DNA of 64,000 bases from Schizosaccharomyces osmophilus (GCF_027921745.1 NC_079239.1:2666001-2730000), one strand, 5' to 3'. Counted from the stretch's first letter, positions 37,757 through 50,201 are shown. The notes: a model not told the origin generated them from the letters alone. Numbers and translations: made by a program.

Positions 37757-40700
37757 TTAAAAGTCATCAATTTCCATCATCAATTCATGAAAGTTTTTAT
37801 CTGGTTTATCCTTTGGTGTTTGCCCATAAGGAATCTGTGCACTTATTAAGGCAGAATTAAGTAGTTGTTTTGTCGGGTCAAGACTGGCAAGGTAATGGCC
37901 CAACTCCATACACACCTCCCAGTTTTCTTTCTCAAAAGCTGTTTTCAAGACTTCAAGGAATACTTCAGCACAACTAGCAGATCCCTGATGTACTTGCCAA
38001 ATGGTTATACATCTAGCAGCGTTTTTTATATCGTTGTTTCGTAAACATAGCTCCATCAAAGTTTGAGGGTCACCAAAGCGTTTGAAAACGTTTGGCCAAT
38101 AATGCGTTTCGATTTTTCTAAGACATCCCAGAACATACTTATAAACGTTCGCATCATTAATGTTATCGAACAAAATAGCGACATTCGTCAGCAATGTTTC
38201 ATTAGAGTCAGAACATTCTGCAGCCATTGAAAGGAGTTTCTCAAGCACAAAATCGATGAAACGTAAGGAAGCATACGCGCGCACTAAGAAAACCGCATAG
38301 TCAATATCAAATAATAGAAGAAGAGACTTTAACAAGTCAGGGAGAAAAGGAATGACTTCAATTTGGATATGACAGTACTTCATGTTATTGGCAGCATTCT
38401 TGTGTTCTAATGTTGAAGCGCTGATGAAAAGTCCACTCTTCACAATAACTGATATGAGTGTTCCAGGAATACTAAGTGGTATACTTTGCTTCTTGAATAA
38501 CTCCAGCATATTTACGGATTTCGTCAGCTTGGCAGTGTGAGTGTTTGTAGCTGAAAAGTTATCAGGAGTTTTTACCATGAAACTTGGTGATTGTAAATCA
38601 TCCATAAAGTCAAGCTGTTTTGGATTATATGGCTTTAAGCTTTCTAGTTCTTTTGATTCTTTCGATGGAGCATCATTTTTTGTGATAGTATCATCATACA
38701 ACAATTTGGAAAGTGCTTCACCAAAAGCCATTGACAATCTAAACCCATTTCCAGTCATAATCCACATTGAATGATAAAGAGCTGGACTTTCCAAATCCTC
38801 ATTAATCATAAAAAACTCAACATCCTCAGAAATAATACAGCATCGGTAGCTTAAATAAGATGAACCAGCTCTGATAGGGTCTAAGGTAACCAACTTGCCG
38901 TTAATTAAAACAAGCAAAATTGCACTAGAAAGCAGTTGTGATGGATCCGAATGTAAGAATGGCCGTAATGTTAGTAAAGTAATTGTACGTAGTCTTGATG
39001 GGGTAGTAAAAACCGGAACAAAACTAACACTGCTCACATGGCTCAAAAATAAAGGCGATATGTTTTCTACAAGGCGCTCTATGTAAATGTGATGCAAAAA
39101 GTTATCAGCCGTATAAACAAGTAAATGCGCGTCGTCGCACAAAGATATCGTAACAATTGTAGATGTGAACACAAACTTATCAACCAAGGCGTCGTCTAAT
39201 TTCTTTTCTGAGTCGTATACGTGGAGCTCAGAATTCGATTCGTGTAATAAACCTGTCACAAGATATTTGTCATACCATAGCATCGGGCAGGTGACAGTTA
39301 TTGACTTTTCCAAAGATCCATTATCAAAAACATTCCAAACCCTGTTTAGAACGTTGTATGCTGCAACCCCATGAGAGCCAGCTATAGCGATGTATTCTCC
39401 GTTTTTGCTAATGGCGGTATATCGAATAGGCCACTCAGCAGAAATATAGGTTTGAGGATATTCTACCTGAACCCAAGAAGAATTTCCAAAATTTGCTGCC
39501 AGGTTGTTGTAACTGGAATATGCTTTTGAAATAAATAGTCTATCACTAGATTGTACACCAATAATGCTGGTAGAGCCGTGTGCACTATTCGTAATAGTGC
39601 TTTTAAGGAAAGGAAGTATATATAAACAAGAACTTTCCTTGGATACTTCCCTTGCGGACGAAGAATCAGAATCCAACGTCTTGTTTAGTACGGTCTCGAG
39701 ACTCTGTTTTGTTTCAACTGAAGTCGAGTTTTCTCGTTTCATTGGTAGATTTCTTAAGCCGAAAAATGCAGATCCGTCTTTGTCCCAAAAGCCATCATGA
39801 AAACCGTACTTAAAGAATTCAGAATCATCGCTGGATGAGCATGGGTGTAAGTAAGGTGAGTAACTTATCCAAGCCAATTCATAACCTACCATCACCTGAA
39901 AGCCATCACCGGTAGTTGAGATGTGCGTAACAGATCCAATATTGGATGGAACCTTGCTGTGATGGCTACAGACATACTTTCTTCCAAAGTCTTGAATTTC
40001 ATAAGCGTAAACACTGCCATCATTTGTACCCACATATAGCAGAGAAAACCGAGCGTTAGTCGACAATGCGGTAGCCGCTTTCTTAGAATTATCACCAGAG
40101 TCGCTTATTAAATCATGAGTGCATATACCGAATAGACTTTTAGTATTTGTGTTAGCAGACACGCCAATATTGGCGTATACACGCCCATCCGAGGACATCC
40201 AAAAAAATGTGTCAATCCTCTTATTAAAATGGAATTTTTTAATCAAAGAATCATGATCTAAAAACCATGTAACTTCGCGTAAATCGTATTGCTTACTGGA
40301 AACTTTCCATAAACGTTTTGGATCTGTTGTTTCCAGAGTAGATACTTGAATAATTGGCGCCGTAGAAGCAGAATAAACGATTGAATCCCCCTGTACTTCA
40401 AGACAACTGACACCTCTCTCGTAACGAATTGCCAGCTTGTACTGAACTGAACAAGTAATGGGACCCATCATTTCACCAGGACCATCATCATAGCGTTCAG
40501 TATTTGGGTTAGGGACAAGGATAGGTTTAGAAGCATCTAAATGAAAATTAAAAACAGCAATAAAGTTGTTTTCCGTTGCCACTGCAATGATTCCATACTC
40601 AGAACTAATGGCAATCTTTTTGTTTTTTCCATGACGAACATAAAGGTCCTCAGATTTGGTAATTTTTGAAATTAATGCTAAAGGATGAAGCTGGTAAATT

Positions 40701-40813
40701 AAAATTTCGGCTTCAGTTAATACGGCAAAGAAAGGGACTTTAGGAATGCGCCGAACTTCAATTGCATGTGAATCCAATGTCAATTTTTGAGGTATTCCAT
40801 GAAAGAAGTACAT
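37757..40813 (-). CDS. ric1: Ric1, Ypt6/Rab6 GEF complex subunit
   Basis: Probable start MYFFHGIPQK resembles RIC1 N-termini; YISAEWPIRY..IAIAGSHG and CLRKIETHYW RIC1 motifs. Confidence 0.85.
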   Translation of the reverse strand: MYFFHGIPQKLTLDSHAIEVRRIPKVPFFAVLTEAEILIYQLHPLALISKITKSEDLYVRHGKNKKIAISSEYGIIAVATENNFIAVFNFHLDASKPILVPNPNTERYDDGPGEMMGPITCSVQYKLAIRYERGVSCLEVQGDSIVYSASTAPIIQVSTLETTDPKRLWKVSSKQYDLREVTWFLDHDSLIKKFHFNKRIDTFFWMSSDGRVYANIGVSANTNTKSLFGICTHDLISDSGDNSKKAATALSTNARFSLLYVGTNDGSVYAYEIQDFGRKYVCSHHSKVPSNIGSVTHISTTGDGFQVMVGYELAWISYSPYLHPCSSSDDSEFFKYGFHDGFWDKDGSAFFGLRNLPMKRENSTSVETKQSLETVLNKTLDSDSSSAREVSKESSCLYILPFLKSTITNSAHGSTSIIGVQSSDRLFISKAYSSYNNLAANFGNSSWVQVEYPQTYISAEWPIRYTAISKNGEYIAIAGSHGVAAYNVLNRVWNVFDNGSLEKSITVTCPMLWYDKYLVTGLLHESNSELHVYDSEKKLDDALVDKFVFTSTIVTISLCDDAHLLVYTADNFLHHIYIERLVENISPLFLSHVSSVSFVPVFTTPSRLRTITLLTLRPFLHSDPSQLLSSAILLVLINGKLVTLDPIRAGSSYLSYRCCIISEDVEFFMINEDLESPALYHSMWIMTGNGFRLSMAFGEALSKLLYDDTITKNDAPSKESKELESLKPYNPKQLDFMDDLQSPSFMVKTPDNFSATNTHTAKLTKSVNMLELFKKQSIPLSIPGTLISVIVKSGLFISASTLEHKNAANNMKYCHIQIEVIPFLPDLLKSLLLLFDIDYAVFLVRAYASLRFIDFVLEKLLSMAAECSDSNETLLTNVAILFDNINDANVYKYVLGCLRKIETHYWPNVFKRFGDPQTLMELCLRNNDIKNAARCITIWQVHQGSASCAEVFLEVLKTAFEKENWEVCMELGHYLASLDPTKQLLNSALISAQIPYGQTPKDKPDKNFHELMMEIDDF

Positions 40814-41205
40814 TAATAAAAATATATTTAATAAGAACAATGATTTCGCATAAGTTTCATTCAAATGAACCCACTTTGCCTATCGGCCTTTCACCTGGAA
40901 AGTTGTGGTTTTCGTTACCAAGTGCTTCCAATTCATTATATGTGCTAATACCATTACAGAATGTTGTTCTTATGCTCTAGTATGTAAATATAAAAAATAC
41001 TATAAACCGTCTTTATTTTCAATATCCTACTTGTATAAAAGACTTTCAAGTTTGCGACTTAAAAGGGTAATCACAAAACATATTCAAGGCATTCCATACT
41101 TTTGATGGCTTCATTTCTTCAAATATTAAATTATAGGAATTATAAATATAGTCATATAGTTATATAAAATACAGTTCCTGAAGGCTGTATGAAATAACAA
41201 ACAAT

Positions 41206-43263
41206 TCAATTTTTTATCGACAAGAGCTGTTCTTTTTGCTCTGTAGACAATTCAAGCAAAATTGAAAGTAAATTTACAATATCTGCTCTCCTTTCACGCT
41301 GTTCGAGGAACTGAAAAAGAATGTTACGGGTATATTCTTTGTCGACCATTGAATTACTGTTTTGTTGGTCAACGCTAGTACGCAAAACAGAAGCACTTGA
41401 GTTACGATCAGACAAGGATCCTTGACTTTGCTTCCTCCTATGTTGGCCAAACATCACTTTAAACGACTTTTGTAAGTGTTCATACCGAGCGGTGGATTCA
41501 TCCAAAGCAGTAGCTAAACTCTTTTTTTCTGCTTCCAAAGCTCTTAAAGCATCTTCCTTCTCTGGTCTTTGATTATAGTTTGAATCATCTCTATCAATCT
41601 TTATGTTTTGAATTCCGTTTGACAGTTCTTGATTTTGCTGTGTAAGCTCTGCGTCTTTTAATTTGTAATGTCCAAGTTCGGAAATGACAGTTTGATGTCT
41701 TCCTTCAAGCTCCAATAAAGCCGAATCTCTCTCTTTTAAAACCGTAGTGTAATGTTCTGTCAGCTGATGGATGCGAACTTCGGCAGTATTTTGACAATCA
41801 ATGCGATCAATTTCTAATTGCTCCACAAGGCTTCTTAACTTTTGGCAATCCCTGGTTTGATCAATAAGAAGCTTATAAACTTCTTCAAACTCCTCTTGCC
41901 TAGTTTGGATTGCCTCCTTCGTTTCGTACACTTGTCTAGAGTATTCACTCGATTGTTCTGTAACAAGGACAACTTTCTTATTCAGTTCACTAATTCGATT
42001 TGTTTTTTCTTCCATTACCTTTTGCAAAGTCTCCAATTCTCTCTCCGTTTCCTTTTGCTTCCCGTTCGCCTTTTCCAGTTCTTTGAACGTATGAGCGAGT
42101 TTTTCTTGACATGAATCCAAAGTTTTTTGGACCTCTGAACTGGATTTAATAAGCCTACTTTTTACGTTCTCACTAACGGCAAGTCTTTCCAAAAGCCCCT
42201 GCTTTTCTTCCCGCAAAGAATCACAAGAAGTTTCGGCCCAGAGAAGGTTTTGATGAGATTCTTCAACATCTTTCTTTAAAGATTCTACTGAAGAAATCAA
42301 CCTAGATATTTTATCCTTGTGATTTTGGTTTTGATCATGAAAAGTAGCAGACTCTGTTTTAAGTTTTTGTTCGGCTGCTTCCAGCTCCTTCCGAAGTGAC
42401 TCTACCGTTGTTTGCAAAGTTTCATCAATCGGAACAGACGATAAATGCAGAAAGGTTTCTTCTGATTCTGTCAATGTCGGCAAAGGCGCAGAAAGTACTG
42501 AAATGTCGGACAACTGAAGATAGGTTTCAAAGGAAGATAACTTATTTATGTGAACATTTTCTTTGGAATTTTCGGAAGCGTTAGTAGGGACGGACTCGAA
42601 AATATTGGAGTTTTCTTGGGTTGGTTCAATATTCTCATTAACGTGTTTTTCCACTTGGTTTTTTTTGTTTTTTCGTTTCTTTTTTTTCGATGAAGCTTTA
42701 TTTGATGTCGTAGTGGTCTCAGGAGAAACTACTCCTGCCTTTGTTGCAGGAGTGGAAGGTAAAACAGAGACATATTCCTCTATGTTTGATAAAGATATCG
42801 CTTTGTCCCCAGATTTCTTTTGATTTTCGCCCGACAAGCGAGCTAGTTCTGAAATAAACTTTTCCTCTAATACTTTAAACTTCTCTTCAAACTCTTTCTT
42901 TGATGCTTTAAACAAGGCATCTGCTTCCTGAAGCTCATTTGACAGTCTTTTAACTTCACGGATTGAAATCTCGTATCGTTGCTCCAAATTATCTAGATAT
43001 TCTAAGAAACCATCAATATCAGAAATACTTGACAAAGGAGTCTTTTCCTGTAAAGCTTTTTGGAACCTTTCAATGGTCTCCCGAAGTTCCGCTAATTCAA
43101 CTTGAAGGATAGCTAGATCCTCTGAATCATTCCTTCCACAAAAATCTTCGGTCGATCCAGAATGCTGATTATGCGTCCCTTGAAGTTGCCGCCGACGATT
43201 TTTGGCTTCTTCTTGACCTTGGACTAAGGTCATATTAAACTGATCCTTCAATCGTCCCAGCAT
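41206..43263 (-). CDS. GRIP-domain golgin (Imh1-like coiled coil)
   Basis: Long coiled coil ending in VDKEYTRNILFQFLE GRIP motif. Confidence 0.88.
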   Translation of the reverse strand: MLGRLKDQFNMTLVQGQEEAKNRRRQLQGTHNQHSGSTEDFCGRNDSEDLAILQVELAELRETIERFQKALQEKTPLSSISDIDGFLEYLDNLEQRYEISIREVKRLSNELQEADALFKASKKEFEEKFKVLEEKFISELARLSGENQKKSGDKAISLSNIEEYVSVLPSTPATKAGVVSPETTTTSNKASSKKKKRKNKKNQVEKHVNENIEPTQENSNIFESVPTNASENSKENVHINKLSSFETYLQLSDISVLSAPLPTLTESEETFLHLSSVPIDETLQTTVESLRKELEAAEQKLKTESATFHDQNQNHKDKISRLISSVESLKKDVEESHQNLLWAETSCDSLREEKQGLLERLAVSENVKSRLIKSSSEVQKTLDSCQEKLAHTFKELEKANGKQKETERELETLQKVMEEKTNRISELNKKVVLVTEQSSEYSRQVYETKEAIQTRQEEFEEVYKLLIDQTRDCQKLRSLVEQLEIDRIDCQNTAEVRIHQLTEHYTTVLKERDSALLELEGRHQTVISELGHYKLKDAELTQQNQELSNGIQNIKIDRDDSNYNQRPEKEDALRALEAEKKSLATALDESTARYEHLQKSFKVMFGQHRRKQSQGSLSDRNSSASVLRTSVDQQNSNSMVDKEYTRNILFQFLEQRERRADIVNLLSILLELSTEQKEQLLSIKN

Positions 43264-43956
43264 CCTTCTTAACTAAATCGATTACGAGCTTTAAATTTTG
43301 AATTCTTCGTAAAAATTCCATGCAGTTTTCATCAATGGACTAAGATCAACTCATGACTTTCTTGCTCGTTTACTTTGGTGTATACTGTTCATAAGAGGTT
43401 TACCTCTTGGGATAGAGTTGCTCGTTAACGAAAACGCTTTTTTAGGGTAAGCTTTACCCTTACATTCCACAGCCATCTCGTAATTAATCTAAATAACTAC
43501 TTCATTCGTTTAAGGTCAAGTATATTTAAATGCAACCAAGACGGCTTAGACACTGAATATAATGAAAGAATCCACACATGGACATTACTTAACCACCAAG
43601 ACGAATATCAATATAAGACGTATTCAATTTATATAAAATAATATTAATGTATTTAAGTCTATTCATATTTTCTCTAAACCTTCGTTTCTGCTACTTAAAC
43701 TTCACATTCACATTCACTGGACAATAGACATATGTCGTTGTAGCAGAAACTGTTAGATTATAACTTAATAATAATCTTGATTTTTTTCATCTCCTATTAT
43801 CGTGTATCGGATTCTTATACTCCACTTGTCGCAATTAATCATATCATATCAAAACACATAAATCATTAATCATACACATTTCCATGCTAAAGTATACAGG
43901 ATCATAGACGTATTCATAAACATACAAAAAAGGTAAGTCCAAACAATAAAGAAAAA

Positions 43957-46209
43957 CTAGCACTTACTAGCTGTAGGAGGGAAAAGTCCTATTTGCTGAG
44001 CACTAGCAATAGATCTCAGCTTACGACGAGCGTTGTTTGGAGCAGGGAAGGGCTCTTCCATTCCCCTATTGGGACCATGACTAACAAAGATTTTTGGGCG
44101 GTAGGCGGGATTTTCATCCATAACGCATGAATTGCGGAATTTTTCTATAAGCCTTTCTTTACCCTGGATATTGGCATAGCTAATATCACAAATCTTTTCA
44201 GAGTGGAAAACATTCCATTGAGTACCCACTCTTGCTTTGCCAAACGTGACAATTGCTTCAGGGTCAATGAAATTTATGAATGCATATCCAACATTGCACT
44301 TATTTACAAAGTCTATGCGGAGATACAAAAAGTCATAGGTTCCCTGATTCGTAAGGTCAATGTATTCACGAAGCATCTGTTGTGTAAATTTGTTTGGAAT
44401 GTTTTTGATCATCACTGTCGTTCGATGATCTAGTCCGGCTGCAACGCGTGCATAATCGACTGAATTTCTATCCATAGAAATGGGTCTTTCGGGAACAGCA
44501 GAAAGCCCCTGAAATGTATTTTCACCCGCTCCGTAAAATGGTGCAGGACAGAAAGCAGCGGGATCAGCTCGTGAATCATGAAGTGTCAACGAAGCAAAGC
44601 TCAAGTTTGCAGGATTAGCACGGGAAGCGTTAGCATCAACTGTTAAACTTCGTCTCATACCAACAGCATTCGTAGGGGAATCCACTCCTTTTAGAGAAGA
44701 AGCTGTAAATGGGTTCCATTGCCCAGAATATCCATTTAAGAGATCCACGGCTCTTTGTTTCCCACGACCTGAGGTTGGAGGAGCAATTGGAGAAACATCC
44801 ATACTGTAACGAGATGCACTCATAGGTCTTCTACTGTTGTTAACTGAGACAGTTGGACTGGTAGATAAAAGGTCATAGTGCCCACCGGTACCCCAAGCTG
44901 GTGAAGATTCAGTGCGTCCTAAAGGAACCGACCTCAATGAATTGGATAAAGTAGAGTATTGAGATCCCAAATTTGATGATGTCCGTTTTAACAAAGGAGT
45001 TGCTTCTTGCCCATTGTTGGTAAAAGGATACATCCAATCATTCGGCGGTTGTGCGGAATTTATGCTTTTATTAACAGAGTGACTGGATACGGAAGACGAA
45101 CTAACAGAATCTACCATAGCATCGTAGTAAGAGACTTGAAGACAGCAGTTGTGAATAATCCTACCATCCAATTCGTCAAGTGCGAAAGATGCATCACGGG
45201 TATCATAAAATTCACAAAGAATTTGAGAGGGATTTTGACCCCTGAGAGGTTTTAAGCAAAGCAATGGCCCAAAAGTTTGTAGTATGGATTGCAATTGCTG
45301 AATGGAGAGAGTTACCTGCCCTTGCATGGTAAACAACAACTGACCTTCATTATCATCAAGAAACTGGATTGGGGCGCCCTGATTAATCATACGTTGAATG
45401 CTAGAGCGCTGGCAAATTTGAAAGCTCAGCAAACGATCATTAAAGAAACGCTGTGTGCGAAGGATCTTGGCTGTCTGGATAGCTTGACGAACATCGAAAA
45501 AAGCAACGATGCAAATACCATCGGTTGACAAAGCCGATGTGTCCAAGCCCTTCACATCACCAAACCGAGAAAAGAGTTCTAGCAAAGTAGCATAAGGAAC
45601 GATTCTTGGCAAATTTGAAATAAATAGATATCTCGATGCTGAAGAAAACATATCCAAGTCATCGGAAGGACCAGGGTAGGAAGCAGAGCGGTGAAGAGCA
45701 GTTGGGTATTGGTTATTAGATTGCAACGGATTGACTCCATTTGGTACAGCATAATCACTGTAAGTAGAAGCCTGGGGAGGTGATTCTGAAGGAGCTACAT
45801 TCGTCTGCCAAGAGCCTAACGGCTGTCTTTCGGAAAACGTTTCTCCTTTGGAAGGAATCTTCCGCTCGGGAAACTTGGCAGGATCGGCTGAGGTTAAGCC
45901 GACAGAAGAATATTGGAATGCATTTTCATCATTTTGGGTATAAGTGAGTCCAGGTATAGACTCAACTTTTCGATCACCGGTTGAGTTTTCTTTAGCATTG
46001 TTGTTAGAAAGACCCATACTTTTGTTGTGATGGATATTATTCAAAAGCAGACCGGACTTTTGGTTGTAGGAGTCACCACAGTTTGATAATAAAGGAGAAT
46101 CGAGAAGACTGGAAGGAAGAGCGTGAAGAGTCTTGTCCATATCAATTTGGAAAGTAGATTCCGAAGAGGAATGGGATGCTAATGAAAGCGAGGATCCAGA
46201 TGCCATCAT
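43957..46209 (-). CDS. mei2: Meiotic master regulator RNA-binding protein Mei2
   Basis: Three RRMs, RRM3 RTTVMIKNIPNK...CNVGYAFINF; Pat1 phosphorylation sites RTESSP and RSLTV; 750 aa. Confidence 0.98.
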   Translation of the reverse strand: MMASGSSLSLASHSSSESTFQIDMDKTLHALPSSLLDSPLLSNCGDSYNQKSGLLLNNIHHNKSMGLSNNNAKENSTGDRKVESIPGLTYTQNDENAFQYSSVGLTSADPAKFPERKIPSKGETFSERQPLGSWQTNVAPSESPPQASTYSDYAVPNGVNPLQSNNQYPTALHRSASYPGPSDDLDMFSSASRYLFISNLPRIVPYATLLELFSRFGDVKGLDTSALSTDGICIVAFFDVRQAIQTAKILRTQRFFNDRLLSFQICQRSSIQRMINQGAPIQFLDDNEGQLLFTMQGQVTLSIQQLQSILQTFGPLLCLKPLRGQNPSQILCEFYDTRDASFALDELDGRIIHNCCLQVSYYDAMVDSVSSSSVSSHSVNKSINSAQPPNDWMYPFTNNGQEATPLLKRTSSNLGSQYSTLSNSLRSVPLGRTESSPAWGTGGHYDLLSTSPTVSVNNSRRPMSASRYSMDVSPIAPPTSGRGKQRAVDLLNGYSGQWNPFTASSLKGVDSPTNAVGMRRSLTVDANASRANPANLSFASLTLHDSRADPAAFCPAPFYGAGENTFQGLSAVPERPISMDRNSVDYARVAAGLDHRTTVMIKNIPNKFTQQMLREYIDLTNQGTYDFLYLRIDFVNKCNVGYAFINFIDPEAIVTFGKARVGTQWNVFHSEKICDISYANIQGKERLIEKFRNSCVMDENPAYRPKIFVSHGPNRGMEEPFPAPNNARRKLRSIASAQQIGLFPPTASKC

Positions 46210-47364
46210 AAAAAGGGTATTTAAAAGATTTGATAGAGACCGAAAGGAAAGAACCTAGGAAAAGAAAAGACAGAGAAAAGAAAAGAGCCTTTAATAAAAA
46301 AAGATTAAGTTTATCAAGCACCAATTCTTGAATCAAAAAGCGAGATAAAAAAAAAAAAAAAGACGATGATTTACAAGAAACAGAAACTTTGACAGAAAAT
46401 ACCAACAGAAGATAGCTCAAAACGAATGAACTTTTTCAAAAATAACAAAAGAATCAGAAAAGCAAAGTCCAAACGGGTATGGAAACCAGGATGATAAAAC
46501 AAACAAAGTGGTAAGTAAACAGGAAACAAAGATTGTATAGGACCAAGGAAACTAGCAAGCAATCACAACGCTGCTTGAATTATAAAAAAAAATAAGAAAG
46601 GATCAAAGGTGAAACAAGTCAAATTGGCAAAGATAAAGGAAAAAGCGAAATAAAAAGTCAAAAAGACAAACCTAATGAAACTAGGAGAATGAAATTGAAA
46701 GTAAAACAACACCCAAAGAGGGAGATGCTCAATTATATGTAGAAGACGGAAAGAGATTAGAAAAAAACCCAAGAAATGGCAAAAGTTAGGGGCTAATTAA
46801 GACCGAGTAAACAAACAAAAGCAGGTAACAATGTTAGAGAACAATAACCAAAACAAGGGTAAACAAAAGGGAACCCAAAGGATCAATTCTATCACAGAAA
46901 GAGGGGAAGATGCAGAGACGAGTGGAGATGATAACGCACAGACACAAGGAAGGGAAAAGAGGAATTGAGAAAAACGGTTTTAACAGAATTATTGAAAACA
47001 AAAATCAATTCTTTTAGAAATGAAAAAGAAAATTTCTTTAGGAAAAAAGAAACAAATAGTTTTTTTTTGAATTAGATGAAGAAAAGAGCGAAGATGAGGA
47101 AAGAGAAATGAAAAGAGAAAGGTCTCTTTAAGAACGTTCCATAAATACAAGGGGAGAATGGAAAAGAACCTATTTCAAGGTTGGAAAAAACTAAAAAATA
47201 TATATATATATATAAAATAAAATGAATGAGAAAGAAAAACAAAATAACAAAATCAGTATCCTCAAGACAAAAAGGAGCGGAATCGAGTCTTGATGAATGA
47301 AGAAGACTGAAGTGAAGGTAGGGTAGCGGCTATCGATGGTATTTAAGGGAACGGAATAACCTAA

Positions 47365-47700
47365 AGACAAAGAAACTTAAACAAAGGAACCTTCGAACCA
47401 ATGGACTAGATGGAAGCAGATTTCCTCTGTAAACAAAGAAATGATGGAGGAACGGGGACGTTGTGAATAACAGGGAAGGGTAACAAAGCCCAGCAAACAA
47501 AGTAAACAAAGTGATGAAAGCAAAAGAGATAAGAGGCTTTGCTCAGCAATGCATAACGACAAAAAAATGCAAGGAAACGAAGCTTAAATACGCAAAGAAA
47601 ATCGTTATCAGTTGCAAGAGTTGTGTCTAGATGCATTCGAAAACATGGATTATGTCGTAAATTGAGCTCATAGATGGGAAACGAAACGAGAACAAAGAAA
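47365..47700 (-). promoter_or_regulatory. Ste11 TR-box cluster upstream of mei2
   Basis: TTTCTTTGTTT (47431-47441) and TTTCTTTGTTC (47690-47700) on the minus strand plus several near-matches; TA tract at 47198-47214 as probable TATA. Confidence 0.75.
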
Positions 47701-48372
47701 AAACAAGCTTAGGCTTTCCATCATTGTAAAAAAGCGAGCCAATAGTAAGGATACTGCATTTCATTAGGGTGACAAGCTCGGTTTCGTTGGACAAGCAAGC
47801 ATAGACTCATTGAACTTTACTGAAAGTATCATTCGTATCTCCTCATATTTCACCTTTGCAAACCTTACATTAGATAGTTGCTTATCAGAAAAAACATAAT
47901 TAGACAACTCGAAAGCGATAACACAATCTTTAGATCCGTAAAGGAAAAGGGAGAAACCCAAATTGCAGGTGTTTTCATACTCAAAAGAGTCTTTTTTCTT
48001 TGTACATTTCCTATACCCGAACATTGAAGAGATCAACGCTTTGCTGCTCACTCTCTTTGCTTCATTCAGAAACCTTTAGCCCATTTCTGACTCGCTCTTT
48101 GGCTTGTTGTTGTTTCCCCTCACCCATGATGTATTTACATCCCACCGAAAAGAGAATGCTGGCTCCCTGATTTGTCTCTACTTGCCTATTCCATGTGGGG
48201 GTTGTAACCTTAATGGAACATACTCCCTGCAACTTTAAGTGTTTCCATGGACGGTTGGTTTTAAACGACCGAAGAATAATCTCGACATTTCTCCTCACCT
48301 TCAAAGCTATACCGTGCGGGGTTTTTTGTATAGGCGTGATATTCAAGTCATGCGCAGTTCCATTCCATGTAA

Positions 48373-48416
<44 letters not shown>

Positions 48417-49141
48417 GTAGTCGCCGTATGGTTAGCATTCTCATGAGAGAAAGCCAACTAGTTAACTATTTAAAAAAAGTGCGATTGTAGCTTTCGTTTT
48501 GGCTTGTAGTTTGTGAGCGTTTTTTCCCCATGTACCACCAGTTTAAAATCAGCTTCATAGACAATTCTTTGCATAGTCCATCAACTGTGCAAGCAATGGC
48601 CGAATGCATAGAGAAAGGCTGGGCAATGGTAATTTGGGAAATTACTAGGTGTAAAGGGGGGTGTTGATTGTTTTCAAAGGCGGAATGGAAGAGTGCATTC
48701 CCTGTTCATTTTGGTTATTGTTTTCGTACTTGTTTTTGGTTTGGTTTTTTGGGAAATCAAATGCTGGGAGATGAATTGCCGCGTAACAGTAGAGTTTTGG
48801 TGTTTTCTCTTGGACACGTAATGAAAAAAGTGAAATTGTATCAATGTGCCAAGCCACTGCAGCGTTTGTTGCATGGAAGCTTCGTTGAAAAATCCAATTG
48901 AAATGAAAAAAAAAAAAAATGAAACCTTACAAACAACAAATAAACAATGCCAGGCGACTAAGTAACCCAGAAATTTGCTTGTGGAGTTATTCTCCAGGTA
49001 GGCTTCGACCAGCGGGTTGTCGTCATAGAGGTCGTGAATGTCCAAACACGACATACATTGCTTGAGTTGTTTTGTCGTTTGCAAAATTTTGGCAGTCCAT
49101 ACATCAAAAGCATCTTTTGAGTTCTTGAGTAAAGCTTTATT

Positions 49142-49432
49142 ATGAATTTGTCTACCCGCATTACTGCTCTCGTCTCGAGGCCTAAAAACTCTTGGAGTTT
49201 ACTGGGAGACAGCACAAAGCTTCAAAGGACGTTTCAATTTAAAAATTTCATTGAAGCCTTCGGATTCATGACCTGCGTGGCACTGCGGGCTCAGCAGATG
49301 AACCATCATCCGGAATGGAATAATGTTTACAATAAGGTAGATATTACGTTGACCACGCACATGACCAAGTCCTTGACGGAAAAAGATGTCAAGTTGGCAG
49401 AGTTTATTGACACGATTTGTGAAAAATCTTAG
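49142..49432 (+). CDS. omt2: Pterin-4-alpha-carbinolamine dehydratase
   Basis: [11 protein letters not shown]...[20 protein letters not shown]. Confidence 0.93.
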   Translation: MNLSTRITALVSRPKNSWSLLGDSTKLQRTFQFKNFIEAFGFMTCVALRAQQMNHHPEWNNVYNKVDITLTTHMTKSLTEKDVKLAEFIDTICEKS

Positions 49433-49784
49433 CTTTCTTCTCCATACCATACGGGCTTGCTGTTATCGCAAATCTGACAGATTTATTTCATAAAGTATAT
49501 AGAAACGTGTGAGTTGATTGTTCATAACCTCTCAATGAAAGGAATGAAATGTTATTCATAAAATAAAGAGACATCATAAAAAGCATAGGTTGGATCATGG
49601 ATAGATTAGGCTCCATACAAGTGTCGACATTTGTACCTAAACCTTTGGAACAGGCAAAAGGTGGTGAGGATTGAATTTTTCAAGGATATGTACTATTGCT
49701 AATACAACAAAAAATGAATCACTGATTTCCGCTTGCTTGTTTGTTAAGATTTTTCAACCCAACCAGATGGGAGGACGGTGAGGC

Positions 49785-50108
49785 TCACCATTCTGACAAT
49801 TGATCGAGTTTTTGCACATGGCTGGTAAGATTCCGAAGAATAGCTTGGTGGTACTCTGGCGCAGAGCTTTTGCTAGCTGCAATCCTTGTCATAGCAATAC
49901 GATTGGCTCGTTCTTGCCGTTCTTGCTCGGCTTCATCGCCAGCGATAATGTCACGATAATTCCAAAAATCAATGGCTTCAGATGAATGTGGTAGAACGAA
50001 TGCCTTTCGGGTGATGGGTTTCGTGGCATGGGCCGTGGAAAGCCGTTGAAAAACGTTCCCAAAGGAACAATAACTTTTTGAAGGACCTTGATTGGAAAAT
50101 GGGTCCAT
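49785..50108 (-). CDS. apc14: Fission-yeast APC/C subunit Apc14 (Omt1), 107 aa
   Basis: MDPFSNQGPSKSYCSFGNVFQR start; convergent with omt2 as in S. pombe. Confidence 0.75.
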   Translation of the reverse strand: MDPFSNQGPSKSYCSFGNVFQRLSTAHATKPITRKAFVLPHSSEAIDFWNYRDIIAGDEAEQERQERANRIAMTRIAASKSSAPEYHQAILRNLTSHVQKLDQLSEW

Positions 50109-50201
50109 TTGAACAGATAAGGACAAAATGAAACGTAAACTGTCGTTGAGTTTTGGATGAGAATCAAAAAAAAAAGAAAAATACAGCTAGGAAGACGCAA
50201 G

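Noticed and set aside
40814..40864. N-terminal extension of the ric1 ORF (MNETYAK...)
   Set aside because: The downstream MYFFHG start fits RIC1 family N-termini better.
48674..49215. Minus-strand ORFs upstream of omt2
   Set aside because: No recognisable homology; one runs through a poly-T tract. Likely noncoding or antisense.
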